IMG/VR virus record: IMGVR_UViG_3300009168_000007
Span: 534-64,533 of that record
Origin: a virus
Taxonomy: Duplodnaviria > Caudoviricetes
Direction: 5' to 3' (one strand)
DNA: 64,000 bases
Position numbers and translations under genes: made by a program. Under the pieces are notes generated by a model that saw only the letters and a program-made list of their open reading frames with translations, was not told the origin of the DNA and searched no databases. Of the stretch, positions 27,018 to 37,966 are shown in pieces. The first letter of the stretch is position 1; each line of letters opens with the position of its first letter.

Positions 27018-28056
27018 ATTATTGAACGACGTGTATGAGTTTCATAAAAAATATAATGTTCCAATTATGGATGAAGGATCATTGGGTTTTGCCGAGGATG
27101 GTCTGATAGACGCAAAAATTAATCACATAAAAGAAGAAACAAGTGAAATTATCGATGCATGGGCAAAGGAAGATATTTATGATTTTGCCGATGGAATCGT
27201 AGACCTTATTTATGTAACATTAGGACTTGCGATCGTGTGTGGTATACCGTTTGACCGCGTGTGGAATGAGGTACATACCTCTAATATGAAAAAGGTAGCG
27301 GTAGAACGATTAGATCAAAGTAAACGAGGTAATCGGTGGGATGTCGTAAAACCTGAAGGTTGGGAACCCCCGAACATTGAGAAAGCTTTCACGAGCGCAA
27401 AATATCCTTCGGATAATTATGACTTCAATCGCATATTTGTTCTTGAAGGTCCCGACGGATGCGGGAAAACAACCCTTGCGAAACAAATGATGTTCTTGAT
27501 GAGAGGGCTTGGTTTATATCCGTATTACCGTCATTTTACATATCCATTATGGCCGAACGTATCGGACTACATGGCTAATATTATGGTAGACGCGGTCAAT
27601 CAAATCAAGCATGGACCCGTGATCCTGGACAGGTCGTTCATATCGGACATGTTCTATTCCCGCGTGTTCCGTCATAATCGTGGCATAATGTTAGAGGATG
27701 GTATGGCGGAGACGTTGGATTTACTACTCCAGAGAAATGACGTGGTAACGGTTGTTTGCCTACCGGAATTTGATGAGTATCGTAAGAACTATATTACAAA
27801 ATTGAAGGACCATACCGAAATACACACCGAAATTGCCGGCATGGATTGTATCTATATGATGTATTCAATGTTACAAAGATCTCAACGGGTGATCCCGTAC
27901 AACTACAAGATAAACAATATACATTATATCACAAAGTCAATGGAGAAACATATCAGCCAACATGAAATTTCGATCTTCGAATATGCACATTATATCGTAA
28001 ATAACGTGTCGGCCGAAGAGTTACGAGGTAATAGCTATGGCGCTATCGGCGTATGA
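27007..28056 (+). CDS. fusion of MazG/all-alpha NTP pyrophosphatase and dNMP (thymidylate-type) kinase
   Basis: N-half VYEFHKKY..IKEETSE..DGIVDLIYV..EVHTSNMKK..KPEGWEPP; C-half LEGPDGCGKTT and ILDRSFISD. Confidence 0.85.
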   Translation: MGNRLLNDVYEFHKKYNVPIMDEGSLGFAEDGLIDAKINHIKEETSEIIDAWAKEDIYDFADGIVDLIYVTLGLAIVCGIPFDRVWNEVHTSNMKKVAVERLDQSKRGNRWDVVKPEGWEPPNIEKAFTSAKYPSDNYDFNRIFVLEGPDGCGKTTLAKQMMFLMRGLGLYPYYRHFTYPLWPNVSDYMANIMVDAVNQIKHGPVILDRSFISDMFYSRVFRHNRGIMLEDGMAETLDLLLQRNDVVTVVCLPEFDEYRKNYITKLKDHTEIHTEIAGMDCIYMMYSMLQRSQRVIPYNYKINNIHYITKSMEKHISQHEISIFEYAHYIVNNVSAEELRGNSYGAIGV

Positions 28057-28224
28057 CGAGGGATACGCCGCCGGTCGTATAGATAGCCATGACGGCGTAA
28101 AACCAAAACCCGATACGAACCCATACTCACTCTCTTGTAAAAAGAAACGTCGAGCATGGGAGAACGGGTACCTCACAGGGTACCAGGGAAAACCACAAAG
28201 GCAACATATTTTGCCATGGAGTGA

Positions 28225-28839
28225 ATGATGAGTGAACCTTTAAAAATAGAAGACCGTCAAAACAATTCTGAACAGAACGAACTAGTGGAAGAACTCATCA
28301 AGTTAAAAAATGAGTTCTACAATGTAGCCATGAAGAGTATGCATGAACATGGTGAAATGGCCAAGTTACAGGAAAAATCGGCGGAGGAAGCAGAACTTGA
28401 ATTAATGGACAAGTTTGAACACGATAAAGCAAAATTTTACAAACAACTCGCGTTGAAGGATTCCGCGGTTATGCATGAAATAAATAAACTCCGCGATCAA
28501 AACTATCCTGCCGACGACCCAAATCCAAGGGAAGATATTCGTAATTCACTTGAGTTTCGGTTACGGGTTGTTCTGAATAAGTATTTTCGTGATGGTTGTA
28601 TATGTCCAAAGGACCTTAACAACCTAAAACTCGATTTTCAATCCATGCTCGTATATCTCGAGACGATCATGAATGATAAACAAATTGTTTACAATCATGG
28701 TTATATTCTCAAGCAGATATTTAAAATTATTACCGGTCGAAGTCACAACTATGAACGAGAAAATGCTATTATCGTTCCAAAAATAAACTCGACTATACCA
28801 ATCACGGCGGTTGGTATAAACAATGAAGATTCTAAGTAA
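28225..28839 (+). CDS. hypothetical coiled-coil protein
   Basis: Long ORF in operon. Confidence 0.7.
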   Translation: MMSEPLKIEDRQNNSEQNELVEELIKLKNEFYNVAMKSMHEHGEMAKLQEKSAEEAELELMDKFEHDKAKFYKQLALKDSAVMHEINKLRDQNYPADDPNPREDIRNSLEFRLRVVLNKYFRDGCICPKDLNNLKLDFQSMLVYLETIMNDKQIVYNHGYILKQIFKIITGRSHNYERENAIIVPKINSTIPITAVGINNEDSK

Positions 28840-29374
28840 AGACCAAAGTTTACGGATGTTTCAGCAGGGATTATTCGGGAATGCGGTCCGGCTCTGGATG
28901 AATCCCACAGAATTTTTGTCAGACCTCTCATTTAAGGGAACCCGTGTATCGATTCGATATAATGGAATCAACGGCGGCGGACCGCGACAATTCAAGGTGC
29001 CCGTTCATGACATACCCTACGTAGTTTCTTGTTGGGTGCTTCGTGGTTACGAGTATGATAGGATTATCTTCAACGAGGATATGTACGACATTGCATGGGT
29101 GCAATGCGAAGTGATGGATCTTCCGGGGGGACTTTATTTAGGTTACAAAGAGATCACGAGTGATCAGTCGCTCGCGAACCGTGAATTAAATTGTTTGGTT
29201 GGATTACAAGCGAAACAATATCTCATGGCCCACATGGATCCGTCGTCCTATAACGATATGTGGGCATTATTCGACGAATATCCAGATTCGGTGATCGAGT
29301 TAACAATATGTCATGAGCAGATCGGAAATATCCCAGGTAGAAATACTATATTCTTCGAGGTAAGGAACTATTAG
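28823..29374 (+). CDS. hypothetical phage protein (possibly degenerate ATP-grasp fold)
   Basis: C-terminal VIEL...PGRNTIFFEVRNY. Confidence 0.6.
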   Translation: MKILSKDQSLRMFQQGLFGNAVRLWMNPTEFLSDLSFKGTRVSIRYNGINGGGPRQFKVPVHDIPYVVSCWVLRGYEYDRIIFNEDMYDIAWVQCEVMDLPGGLYLGYKEITSDQSLANRELNCLVGLQAKQYLMAHMDPSSYNDMWALFDEYPDSVIELTICHEQIGNIPGRNTIFFEVRNY

Positions 29375-29586
29375 CATGTCATACGACCCTGACGATATGA
29401 TGGAGGAAAAACCCGTACCTGCGCACGTGCGGGAGAAACTGAAGCAGGCCAGCAAATTTAACGAAGATATTGTTCGTTACAAGGAAATGGTCGACCATGA
29501 AGGTGAATTCAACCGTGCCGAAAGGCGGCGGAGAACGAAGGCAATTGTGAAGATTCAAAAGAAGGCAAAGAAAGTGAGGGCCAACC

Positions 29587-30570
29587 ATGGAAAATATTAA
29601 AAGTAGTATGTTAGATATGAAGCATAAGATCGGCAATTTTGGATTTGTCGAAGTCGATGGGATGTTTGGCGACGAAAATACAATTGTGAAAGTCGCCCGA
29701 CAATCGATCGGCACAAATATGCCGAAACATGATAAGATCACCTTGATCAAAGAGATCGTGGAATACCGGCATGGGACCCCGCTTGAAGCGTTAAAGATTC
29801 GACTCCACGTGAAAGTTCCTCGTCACGTGTGGGAACAATGGAAACGGTACCGTACCGCTTCATTTGTGGAATTTTCGACTCGCTACTCCGAAGCCATGTT
29901 GGATGCGGAAGTACCGAGTACTACCGATCTTCGATTTGAATCCGAAAAGTTGGTCGATTATCCGACAAATCGGCAAAAGATCATCGAATTGATTCAAGAA
30001 TTTACCGATCGATCGTCAACATTATATTCGGAATTACGAAAGTATGGGTTGTTAAAAGAAATGGCTAGGGGAGTACTAACCATGCTCACGTACACGGAGG
30101 CTTATTGGACGATCGATCTCAATAATCTCTTATACCATTTTTGTCTTCAACGATTAAACCCGCATGCACAAAAAGAGTTTCGTGATTATGCCTATGTCAT
30201 TTCTAAAATCATAGCAGAATGGGTTCCGAACGTGTGGAATGCCTTTGAAAATTACTGGTTAAATTCCTTAACTTTTTCGAGGGACGAGATCATGGCCATG
30301 AATGGACGTGATATGTACACTAATATTACTTACTTTGCCATGACAAAAAAAGAACACACGACCATGGCAAATAAGTTAAAAAGGTTAGGATTAAATCCTG
30401 TAGCCTTTATGGCCAATATCGTTGTGAAGAACGATAATTGGTTCATTGAGAATGTTGATTTATCGAATTTATCGACCACGCATGTGGACAATATAGTAAT
30501 GAAAGACGATAAATATTTTACAAACAGAACTTATCCCGCTTATCCCGATAGATCTGATGGAGAAAAGTAA
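29587..30570 (+). CDS. thyX: flavin-dependent thymidylate synthase
   Basis: VARQS, HGTPLE, RYRTASFVEFSTRY (ThyX RHRxxSxxxxSxR variant), EMARGVL, HAQKEFRDYA. Confidence 0.85.
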   Translation: MENIKSSMLDMKHKIGNFGFVEVDGMFGDENTIVKVARQSIGTNMPKHDKITLIKEIVEYRHGTPLEALKIRLHVKVPRHVWEQWKRYRTASFVEFSTRYSEAMLDAEVPSTTDLRFESEKLVDYPTNRQKIIELIQEFTDRSSTLYSELRKYGLLKEMARGVLTMLTYTEAYWTIDLNNLLYHFCLQRLNPHAQKEFRDYAYVISKIIAEWVPNVWNAFENYWLNSLTFSRDEIMAMNGRDMYTNITYFAMTKKEHTTMANKLKRLGLNPVAFMANIVVKNDNWFIENVDLSNLSTTHVDNIVMKDDKYFTNRTYPAYPDRSDGEK

Positions 30571-31505
30571 TGTCATTTGAGAACGATTTAACCTGGTCAT
30601 ATTCGCGGTATAACAAATTTAGCATGTGCAAGCGCCAATATTTCTATCATTACTATCTGTCATGGGGTGGATGGAATATTGGCGCACCGAAGGATGTCCA
30701 ACTGGCCTATCGTTTGAAAAACCTTATGGGGTTAGCCGGTTGGGTTGGCGACACGATCCATAAGGAGATCGAGACTTTATTAAAGATGCTATCCTCCGGC
30801 ACGACAATGAGCAAAAAAATTCGTGCCGACATTCTTCGAAATTTGCCGAAACAAATGACGAAGGAATGGTTAGCCTCCAAAAAACAAACAATGGAGGGGA
30901 ATCCAAAATCCCTGTGGTTAATAGACCACTATTATAGTCTACAGGTAGATAATAAACTACAGGGACTTATCACTCAGGCCGTAGAGTGTATGTCCAATTT
31001 CCTCGACTCAGGTTTATTCTCTAGTATATTAAAATTAAATATACCGGAGAATTGGTTATCGATCGAGGAACTAAAATTTACCTTTGTTGCTGGGACAAAA
31101 GTGTGGGTAAAGATCGATTTTATCTATAAGGATGATAAGGATTATCTTGTTATGCTCGATTGGAAGACGGGTAAGCGCAAAACGGCGGATGCGGCCCAGA
31201 TGGGGATTTACGGTTGCTATTTACGTGAAACATATAATACATTTCCGGCATACAAAATTAAAGCCGTTGATGTTTACGTGAATAACAATCCACCGGTCCT
31301 TGAACCTTGGATAATTAAGGACAAGGATATTAAGTATGCTGAACAAATGATCACAAAAAGTATTGGCGAGATGATGGATCTTCTCAAAAAGAAGTCCACT
31401 AATACACCAAAAACAATTCAATACTTTCCAAGAGTCAATACGACTTGCCAGGGTATTTGTAACTGGTGTGGTTTTAGGCAATTATGCCATGGAGTCGACA
31501 AATGA
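30570..31505 (+). CDS. PD-(D/E)XK Cas4/AddB-like exonuclease
   Basis: WSYSR..C, KIDF, LDWKTG, Q..IY, C-terminal CNWCGFRQLC. Confidence 0.85.
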   Translation: MSFENDLTWSYSRYNKFSMCKRQYFYHYYLSWGGWNIGAPKDVQLAYRLKNLMGLAGWVGDTIHKEIETLLKMLSSGTTMSKKIRADILRNLPKQMTKEWLASKKQTMEGNPKSLWLIDHYYSLQVDNKLQGLITQAVECMSNFLDSGLFSSILKLNIPENWLSIEELKFTFVAGTKVWVKIDFIYKDDKDYLVMLDWKTGKRKTADAAQMGIYGCYLRETYNTFPAYKIKAVDVYVNNNPPVLEPWIIKDKDIKYAEQMITKSIGEMMDLLKKKSTNTPKTIQYFPRVNTTCQGICNWCGFRQLCHGVDK

Positions 31506-32266
31506 ATAAAAATTACTTGACGGCAGAGGAATATTTCGAAGGGTTACTCCCAGAGTCCAAGGTTCAATATTCGCTTTGGATAAAAGGGCGTGCGGGCGGA
31601 TCGGTCGTTAAACGATTCGAGGATGATATTAATCACGCAAGGCGGTATATAGAAGAACATAAGAGCGGATTAATCAAGGGCGATATGACCGCAGGTTTTA
31701 TCGATTATTATGGTGGAGATGTGGTCGGTGAATCGATTAATGAGCACAATCAAGAATTAATGATTAAGGCTTACAACGCCCTAGCCTTAATCTCCTTGGA
31801 AAAAGACGATATAAAACCTGTGCTACAATATAGTGATCTTGATTATTCGCTCGACGGTTTGATCTCGATTTATCGGGATAAGTTGAAGGGTATCCAAAGG
31901 TCAATGCGTCGTATACACGATATTGACGTGAACGACCAACGTCTTGTTCACGTATGGTGGAATATAATGTTTCAAAGAACCATTAAACCTCCGGCACAAA
32001 CGGAACTATACACAAAATTATTTACATCGATCTTCATTTACCCGTGCGCATACCCACATAGAATATTTAGGTTGCCATGGATACGTGCAGCTTTATCGTC
32101 AGGATTCGAATATTGTCAACTATTTGGTCCGTACATAAATGTAAAAATAGCCACCACAAAAACGGCAGACGACGTTAAAAAATTATTATGTTATGATCCG
32201 ACCCATATCACGGTTCATATCATGGAGGACGGCGATGATCCCACCGAAAACAATGACACTATCTAG
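31502..32266 (+). CDS. hypothetical protein
   Basis: Long ORF with ATGA coupling. Confidence 0.65.
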   Translation: MNKNYLTAEEYFEGLLPESKVQYSLWIKGRAGGSVVKRFEDDINHARRYIEEHKSGLIKGDMTAGFIDYYGGDVVGESINEHNQELMIKAYNALALISLEKDDIKPVLQYSDLDYSLDGLISIYRDKLKGIQRSMRRIHDIDVNDQRLVHVWWNIMFQRTIKPPAQTELYTKLFTSIFIYPCAYPHRIFRLPWIRAALSSGFEYCQLFGPYINVKIATTKTADDVKKLLCYDPTHITVHIMEDGDDPTENNDTI

Positions 32267-32747
32267 TGCGTTTAGCATGCAGGAGACTTGCCTCGCGGTT
32301 GCGGGAGTAATTGCGATCTCAAGATCGAAGGACCCACGTACTAAAGTGGGTGCGGTGGTGTATGACCCGGAAACGGGAGGAATGTTCTTTGGGTATAATG
32401 GGTTCCCAAAAAATATTCCTGATGAAACGGCCATTTGGGAAACACCTAATAAGTACGACTATGTCGTACATGCCGAGGTAAATGCTATCCGTAAGGCCAC
32501 TTCAGCTCTAGGCCATCATGTGTCACGGTGCGAATTATATAGCACCAATCATCCCTGTCATTGTTGCATGAAGGATGCAATCATACCGGCGGGGATCAAG
32601 AAGATCCGTTATATTAATTCTCACCCTGAGGACGAGTTAACGGACGAGTGGATTAAGATGCTTGAAATTGATGTTAGACAATTGACCATCCACATGACGT
32701 TGGAGTTAACGATTAATGGAAAAAAAGTAACATATACGACAAAATAA
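32235..32747 (+). CDS. dCMP deaminase
   Basis: SKDPRTKVGA, GYNG, VHAEVNAI, PCHCC. Confidence 0.95.
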   Translation: MIPPKTMTLSSAFSMQETCLAVAGVIAISRSKDPRTKVGAVVYDPETGGMFFGYNGFPKNIPDETAIWETPNKYDYVVHAEVNAIRKATSALGHHVSRCELYSTNHPCHCCMKDAIIPAGIKKIRYINSHPEDELTDEWIKMLEIDVRQLTIHMTLELTINGKKVTYTTK

Positions 32748-34291
32748 TGACCACAAAAATAGATGTTGCAAAAAGACTTGCGGATAGGAAGGTTGAAGAT
32801 TACAAGAAAGCCAACGTGGTTTTGCCTCCTTGTAACTTTTCGTTTAGGACAAAACCGTATAAACATCAGAAAAAAGGTTTCTTGTTAACTCGCGACCAAC
32901 CAATTTTTGCTTTAACGATGGACATGGGTACAGGTAAAACAAAAGTAATTATCGACAATATTTGTTACTTGTTCATTAAAGGCAAAATCAATGGGGCCAT
33001 AATCGTGGCACCCGCAAGCATGTATTTCCAATGGTCGCTTGAACAATGGCCGGAACATGCCCTTGAGAGTGTGATGTCGCGAACCAATATTATTTTGTGG
33101 GACGCGGCAAAAGCACCTAGCATGTTAAAGTATGACTTCCGTGGTCATCAGGACCGGCTTGATCTTCTCGTCATGAATGTCGAGTCATTCTCGGCTCACA
33201 AGAGACATCGAGCATCGGGAACCATGATGGCTATGCGGTTTCTAAAATATCGTAAGGCCATGTTCGTGGTCGATGAATCGACCATCATCAAAAGTACGAC
33301 CGCGAGCCGTACTAAAGTTATCTGTAATCTAGGACATCTGGCCCCGTATAGACGTATTCTTACGGGCACGCCTGTCACAAATTCGCCACTTGATTTGTAT
33401 GGACAGTTCTCATTCCTAGACCAATCGATATTGGGTAGAAGTTTCGTAGCGTTTAGGGCTAAATATGCGGTATTGGAAGATCGATATGGTGCTGGTGGAC
33501 GATCGTTCAAAACAGTCGTTGGTTATCAATGCCTCGACGATCTAAAGAAAACTATTGATCCTTATACATATCGTGTTACGAAAGAGGAATGTATCGATCT
33601 TCCTGAAAAAGTTTACCTTAAGTATGAGGTAAAATTAGGGAAAGAACAGCAAAAAATTTATGAGCAGATGCGTGATCAAATGATCGTGGATTTGGGTAAT
33701 GAGGAGTTCATCACGGCACAACTTGTTATCACAAAGATAATTAAGTTGCGCCAAATCCTCTGTGGTCATGTGTTGACGGACGATGGGAGTGTTCACGCGG
33801 TTTTAGATTCAAATCGAGATGACGTCTTGCTCCATGTGCTGGAAGAAATGAATGGCAAGACAGTTATATGGTCGACGTTTATAGAATCAGTTGAACATAT
33901 TGTTCAAAGATTATCAAAACAATATGGCCAAAAATCGATCATAAAATTTGCAGGTCGAGAAACACTTTCCCCAACAGATCGACACCGTATGGTCGATGAA
34001 TTCAATAATAATTCGAAGGTACAATTTTTTGTAAGTACCCAGATGAAGGGGAAGTTTGGGTTGAACCTAGTCGGTGGAAATAATATGATTTACTACAATA
34101 ATGATTATTCTCTCGACGTGAGGTTACAATCGCAGGACCGAATAAACCGTATCGGGCAAATAGCGAAAAAGATCACGTATGTGGATCTTTATGTTCCTGG
34201 TACGGTGGAGGAGAAGATATTTAAGATATTGAGAGAACGAAAAGACATCCTCGATTTTATTAACGGGGATAATTGGAAGGAATGGATATGA
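32747..34291 (+). CDS. SNF2-family helicase
   Basis: MDMGTGKT, VDES, LTGTP, QSQDRINRIGQ. Confidence 0.95.
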   Translation: MTTKIDVAKRLADRKVEDYKKANVVLPPCNFSFRTKPYKHQKKGFLLTRDQPIFALTMDMGTGKTKVIIDNICYLFIKGKINGAIIVAPASMYFQWSLEQWPEHALESVMSRTNIILWDAAKAPSMLKYDFRGHQDRLDLLVMNVESFSAHKRHRASGTMMAMRFLKYRKAMFVVDESTIIKSTTASRTKVICNLGHLAPYRRILTGTPVTNSPLDLYGQFSFLDQSILGRSFVAFRAKYAVLEDRYGAGGRSFKTVVGYQCLDDLKKTIDPYTYRVTKEECIDLPEKVYLKYEVKLGKEQQKIYEQMRDQMIVDLGNEEFITAQLVITKIIKLRQILCGHVLTDDGSVHAVLDSNRDDVLLHVLEEMNGKTVIWSTFIESVEHIVQRLSKQYGQKSIIKFAGRETLSPTDRHRMVDEFNNNSKVQFFVSTQMKGKFGLNLVGGNNMIYYNNDYSLDVRLQSQDRINRIGQIAKKITYVDLYVPGTVEEKIFKILRERKDILDFINGDNWKEWI

Positions 34292-34599
34292 GTAAAGTAT
34301 TCGTGGTTCAAGATTCTCCCGGTAAAAGTTTACTGGGAGCAAAAAATTTTGGTGAACTGAGAGTAATTATCAACAACTCAAAGGAACAAACTTCCGAGAT
34401 CGATAATACTCAATATGTTGATATTATGAAGGAAAAACTTCGTGGGTTTTCTGACCGTGATTATATTCTCCCAATCGGAGATCCGTCATTAATTGGACTT
34501 GCCTGCGCAATTGCAGCAGGTTTGAACGGTGGAAGATTCAAATGTCTCAAATGGGACAGAAGAGAAAAGGAATATTATGCAGTTTCCTTTAAGGTATAA
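34288..34599 (+). CDS. conserved hypothetical phage protein
   Basis: MSKVFVVQ...DYILPIGDP...LKWDR. Confidence 0.7.
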   Translation: MSKVFVVQDSPGKSLLGAKNFGELRVIINNSKEQTSEIDNTQYVDIMKEKLRGFSDRDYILPIGDPSLIGLACAIAAGLNGGRFKCLKWDRREKEYYAVSFKV

Positions 34600-34887
34600 C
34601 ATCATGGCACAAAATATGAAATGTGGAAATTGTGCATGGTCCTTGCATCTTATCGTAAGGACCGAGCAAGTCGAACTTACGCGGGCGAACACAATCGGAG
34701 CCACACCGAAGACGAATGTGGTAAGACAGGAGATCGATAAGGGATGGTATTGTCGGAGTAATTTTAAATGGTCGACGGACACTGGCGATTGTGAAATTGC
34801 TCCTGATGCACCCGCATGCCCTATCTTTATAGTAAGATTGGATGAAGACGCGCCACTCGATCCACAATATAAATTCTAGGAGGAATT

Positions 34888-35499
34888 ATGGTTGCAACAA
34901 ATAAGTTACAGCAGGCGGCACGGAAGATGTCGCCTGATGAGAAAAAGATGGCCACAATCAGTCTCCTTGTAGCGAAGTATGTGGCCATTTCCGAGGAGAT
35001 CGATTCGAGGGAGGCCGATCTCAAAATCAGGAAAATCGATCTTCGTAACATTGTTGAGGTTGAACTTCCTGAGGCCATGGATGAACTGGGGGTCACGCAA
35101 TTTCAAACAGCTGACGGCTTAGAGATTGAAGTGAATAATGAGACCGCCGGCAACATCTCTGAAGCCAATAAGGAAGCCGCCCATAAGTGGCTCAGGGATA
35201 AAGGTTATGGCGATATTATCAAAACCCAACTAATTATTTGGTTGGGTAAGGGAGAAGATAAGTTAAAGTCAATCGTAACCACGTTTCTTGATAAGAAGAA
35301 AATTGGTTACGAAGATAAGGAAGGAGTTCATGCACAAACGTTGAGAGCATTCATTAAAGAATGCCGCAAAAATGGCGTAAAGTTACCCGAAGATCTCTTC
35401 GGGTTATATGATTACCGTGTTGCAAAGATAAAGAAACTAAAGAAAGATATGAGTAAAACCAATGAAAAAACAACCCACGCCCGCGCCAGCAAAAAATAA
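34888..35499 (+). CDS. conserved phage replication-region protein
   Basis: LPEAMDELG..AHKWLRDKGYGDIIK..VHAQTLRAFIKE; AGGAGG RBS. Confidence 0.75.
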   Translation: MVATNKLQQAARKMSPDEKKMATISLLVAKYVAISEEIDSREADLKIRKIDLRNIVEVELPEAMDELGVTQFQTADGLEIEVNNETAGNISEANKEAAHKWLRDKGYGDIIKTQLIIWLGKGEDKLKSIVTTFLDKKKIGYEDKEGVHAQTLRAFIKECRKNGVKLPEDLFGLYDYRVAKIKKLKKDMSKTNEKTTHARASKK

Positions 35500-36373
35500 A
35501 CCGGTACAAAAAGCATCCGTGAAAACGGCTCCACCGAAGGGCACAAAGAATGCTCTGGTGGTGAAAGAAAAAACCGCACCACCAGTAATTGCATCGTTAG
35601 CGAATAAGATGTATGCGAATCGTAGTCGAGGACTACAAAATATTACCCTTGATGATGTAGCCATACCTTTCGTATCGATTATTCAATCGGGATCCCCACA
35701 GAAAAATCCGCGGCATGAGAAATATATAGAGGGTGCCGAAGAAGGAGATATATTCAACACGGTTACGAATGAATTATACGCATCCGTGGATATTGTCCCT
35801 ACGGCCTACAAGAAAGTATTTGTGGAGTGGAAGGATCGAAAAACCGGCGGTGGATTTGTCCGTATTCATGATAAAAATTCGGCAATCGTTCAGAATGCAA
35901 AACGTAATGAGGACGGTAAGATTGTTCTTAGTAACGGTAACCTACTCGTAGAAACAGCCCAGTTCTTCGTATTACTTGTGGATGTAGATAACCAGGACGA
36001 TATCGTGGGGGTTCAACGGGCCGTACTTGCATTCACAAGCACCCAACTCAAGAAATCACGGAAATGGGTCACTCAGATGCGTGAGTTAATGTTAGACGGT
36101 GATGAGGGATTATTTAATCCACCCATGTTCGCCTATATCTATACAATATCAACACAGAGTGAGTCAAACGACAAGGGTTCGTGGTTCGGGTGGAACATTG
36201 AGATAAATAAAATGGTTGAATCCGAAAGATTATTCGATTTAGCCCAACAATATTCGATATCGATCGACGCCGGTGAAGGTCCTGAGGTTGATTATAGTAA
36301 ATCAGGAATGGACACAGATGTGGTTCCTCCGGTCGAAGACGGCAATGACGACGATGAGCATGACGCCTATTAA
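35462..36373 (+). CDS. putative ssDNA-binding/annealing protein
   Basis: SPQ, EW, STQLKKSRKW, NDKGSWFGW motifs; acidic C-terminal tail. Confidence 0.65.
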   Translation: MKKQPTPAPAKNKPVQKASVKTAPPKGTKNALVVKEKTAPPVIASLANKMYANRSRGLQNITLDDVAIPFVSIIQSGSPQKNPRHEKYIEGAEEGDIFNTVTNELYASVDIVPTAYKKVFVEWKDRKTGGGFVRIHDKNSAIVQNAKRNEDGKIVLSNGNLLVETAQFFVLLVDVDNQDDIVGVQRAVLAFTSTQLKKSRKWVTQMRELMLDGDEGLFNPPMFAYIYTISTQSESNDKGSWFGWNIEINKMVESERLFDLAQQYSISIDAGEGPEVDYSKSGMDTDVVPPVEDGNDDDEHDAY

Positions 36374-36457
36374 ATATTAATTGCGTAGTTAAATGTAGTC
36401 AGCATGTGTTATATAGGAGAGGGGCCAAAAACCCCTCTCCACTTTGGTGAGGTGGTC

Positions 36458-37966
36458 ATGAATGTAGTCGATAAATTTGCCGCTTTATTTCAGGGGCTCA
36501 AACGTGCTTATGGTACGTATGAGATCGAAGAAGAAAAAGACGGTAAGAAAGTAGGGAGTGCAAGAACAATAGTAGGAAAGTATGATAGCAATAATTGGAA
36601 AAGTCATCTTAATGGTCATATCGGGTTAGGGATCATTCCGATCATGGACGATAATACCGTGTCATGGGGGGTAATCGACGTAGATCGTTACGATTTAAAC
36701 CCGAAAGAATTTAGTTGTAGCATTCACACACTTCCTTTTGTAATGTGTCGATCAAAATCGGGAGGCCTGCACATATTCCTATTCACAAAAGAGACCGTGC
36801 CAGCATCATTGATGAAAAACAAGTTGACGGAAGCGGCGGGAACACTTGGATTTGGCGGGTGCGAAGTATTCCCTAAACAAACAAAGATAATTGCGTCTAA
36901 GGGTGATTTAGCTAACTGGCTAAACATGCCTTATTTTAATGCGAAAGATACCGAACGTTATTGTATCGCGAATGGTACAATACTCTCGGTGGAAGAATTT
37001 ATTGAATACGCTTACTCGAAGCGTATTACAAAAAAGGAGCTCGAGAAATTTTCGGTACCGGTCGGCGGGCAATCTGACATATTCCCCGACGGTCCACCTT
37101 GCATAAATTATTTAGCAAAATTATCGTTCCCAAAGGGATCGCGTAATAATGGTCTTTTTGGTATCGGAGTTTACTTACGTAAATCTGATACCGAAAATTG
37201 GGAAACCGTACTTAATGAATGTAATAAAAAATATATGAAACCTCCGCTCAATGTTTCGGAGGTTAAAATGGTAGTTAAGTCGTTAAATAAAAAGGTGTAT
37301 AACTACAAATGCACCGACCAACCTTGTGTTTCACATTGCGATCGTGCACTTTGTTTAACTCGAGCGTATGGCATAACTGACGAATCTAATCACGTTATAC
37401 CTGTGGTATCTTCGATCATTAAATTCCTTACCGATCCCCCAATTTATTTTCTTGACGTTAATGGACGAAGGATCGGACCGGTGATTATAGACGAATTGAT
37501 CGTGCCATTTCGGTTCCAACGTTTGTGTGCACAGGAATTAAATACCATGATCCCAACGATGAAAAGAACAGATTGGGACGGTATGTGGAATAGATTAATG
37601 GAGAATGTCGTAAACGTGGATGTACCTTTCGAGGATTCAAACAAGGGACAACTCATGCAACGGTTGAACGAATTTTGCACGGGTCAAAAGATGACATCAA
37701 ATATCGATCAAATACTTGTTGGTCGAGTTTATTATAATGAGGAATTACTTGAGTATTGGTTTCGTGGCAGAGATTTCCTAGACTATATTTCTACACAATC
37801 ATTTAAGGGGTTGGACCCAAATGAGATTTACTCCATTTTAAAGAACTATGGTCTAACAAATAATACAATACAGGTAAAAGAAACGACGTTAAATGTGTGG
37901 GTTTACAAACCCACGATTATTACAACACCCGTAGCGCCACACATGGAACCGGAGCACCCATACTAA
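36458..37966 (+). CDS. AEP-type primase with PriCT-like domain
   Basis: IDVD, RSKSGGLH, EVFPKQ, NMPY, GSRNNGLF. Confidence 0.85.
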   Translation: MNVVDKFAALFQGLKRAYGTYEIEEEKDGKKVGSARTIVGKYDSNNWKSHLNGHIGLGIIPIMDDNTVSWGVIDVDRYDLNPKEFSCSIHTLPFVMCRSKSGGLHIFLFTKETVPASLMKNKLTEAAGTLGFGGCEVFPKQTKIIASKGDLANWLNMPYFNAKDTERYCIANGTILSVEEFIEYAYSKRITKKELEKFSVPVGGQSDIFPDGPPCINYLAKLSFPKGSRNNGLFGIGVYLRKSDTENWETVLNECNKKYMKPPLNVSEVKMVVKSLNKKVYNYKCTDQPCVSHCDRALCLTRAYGITDESNHVIPVVSSIIKFLTDPPIYFLDVNGRRIGPVIIDELIVPFRFQRLCAQELNTMIPTMKRTDWDGMWNRLMENVVNVDVPFEDSNKGQLMQRLNEFCTGQKMTSNIDQILVGRVYYNEELLEYWFRGRDFLDYISTQSFKGLDPNEIYSILKNYGLTNNTIQVKETTLNVWVYKPTIITTPVAPHMEPEHPY

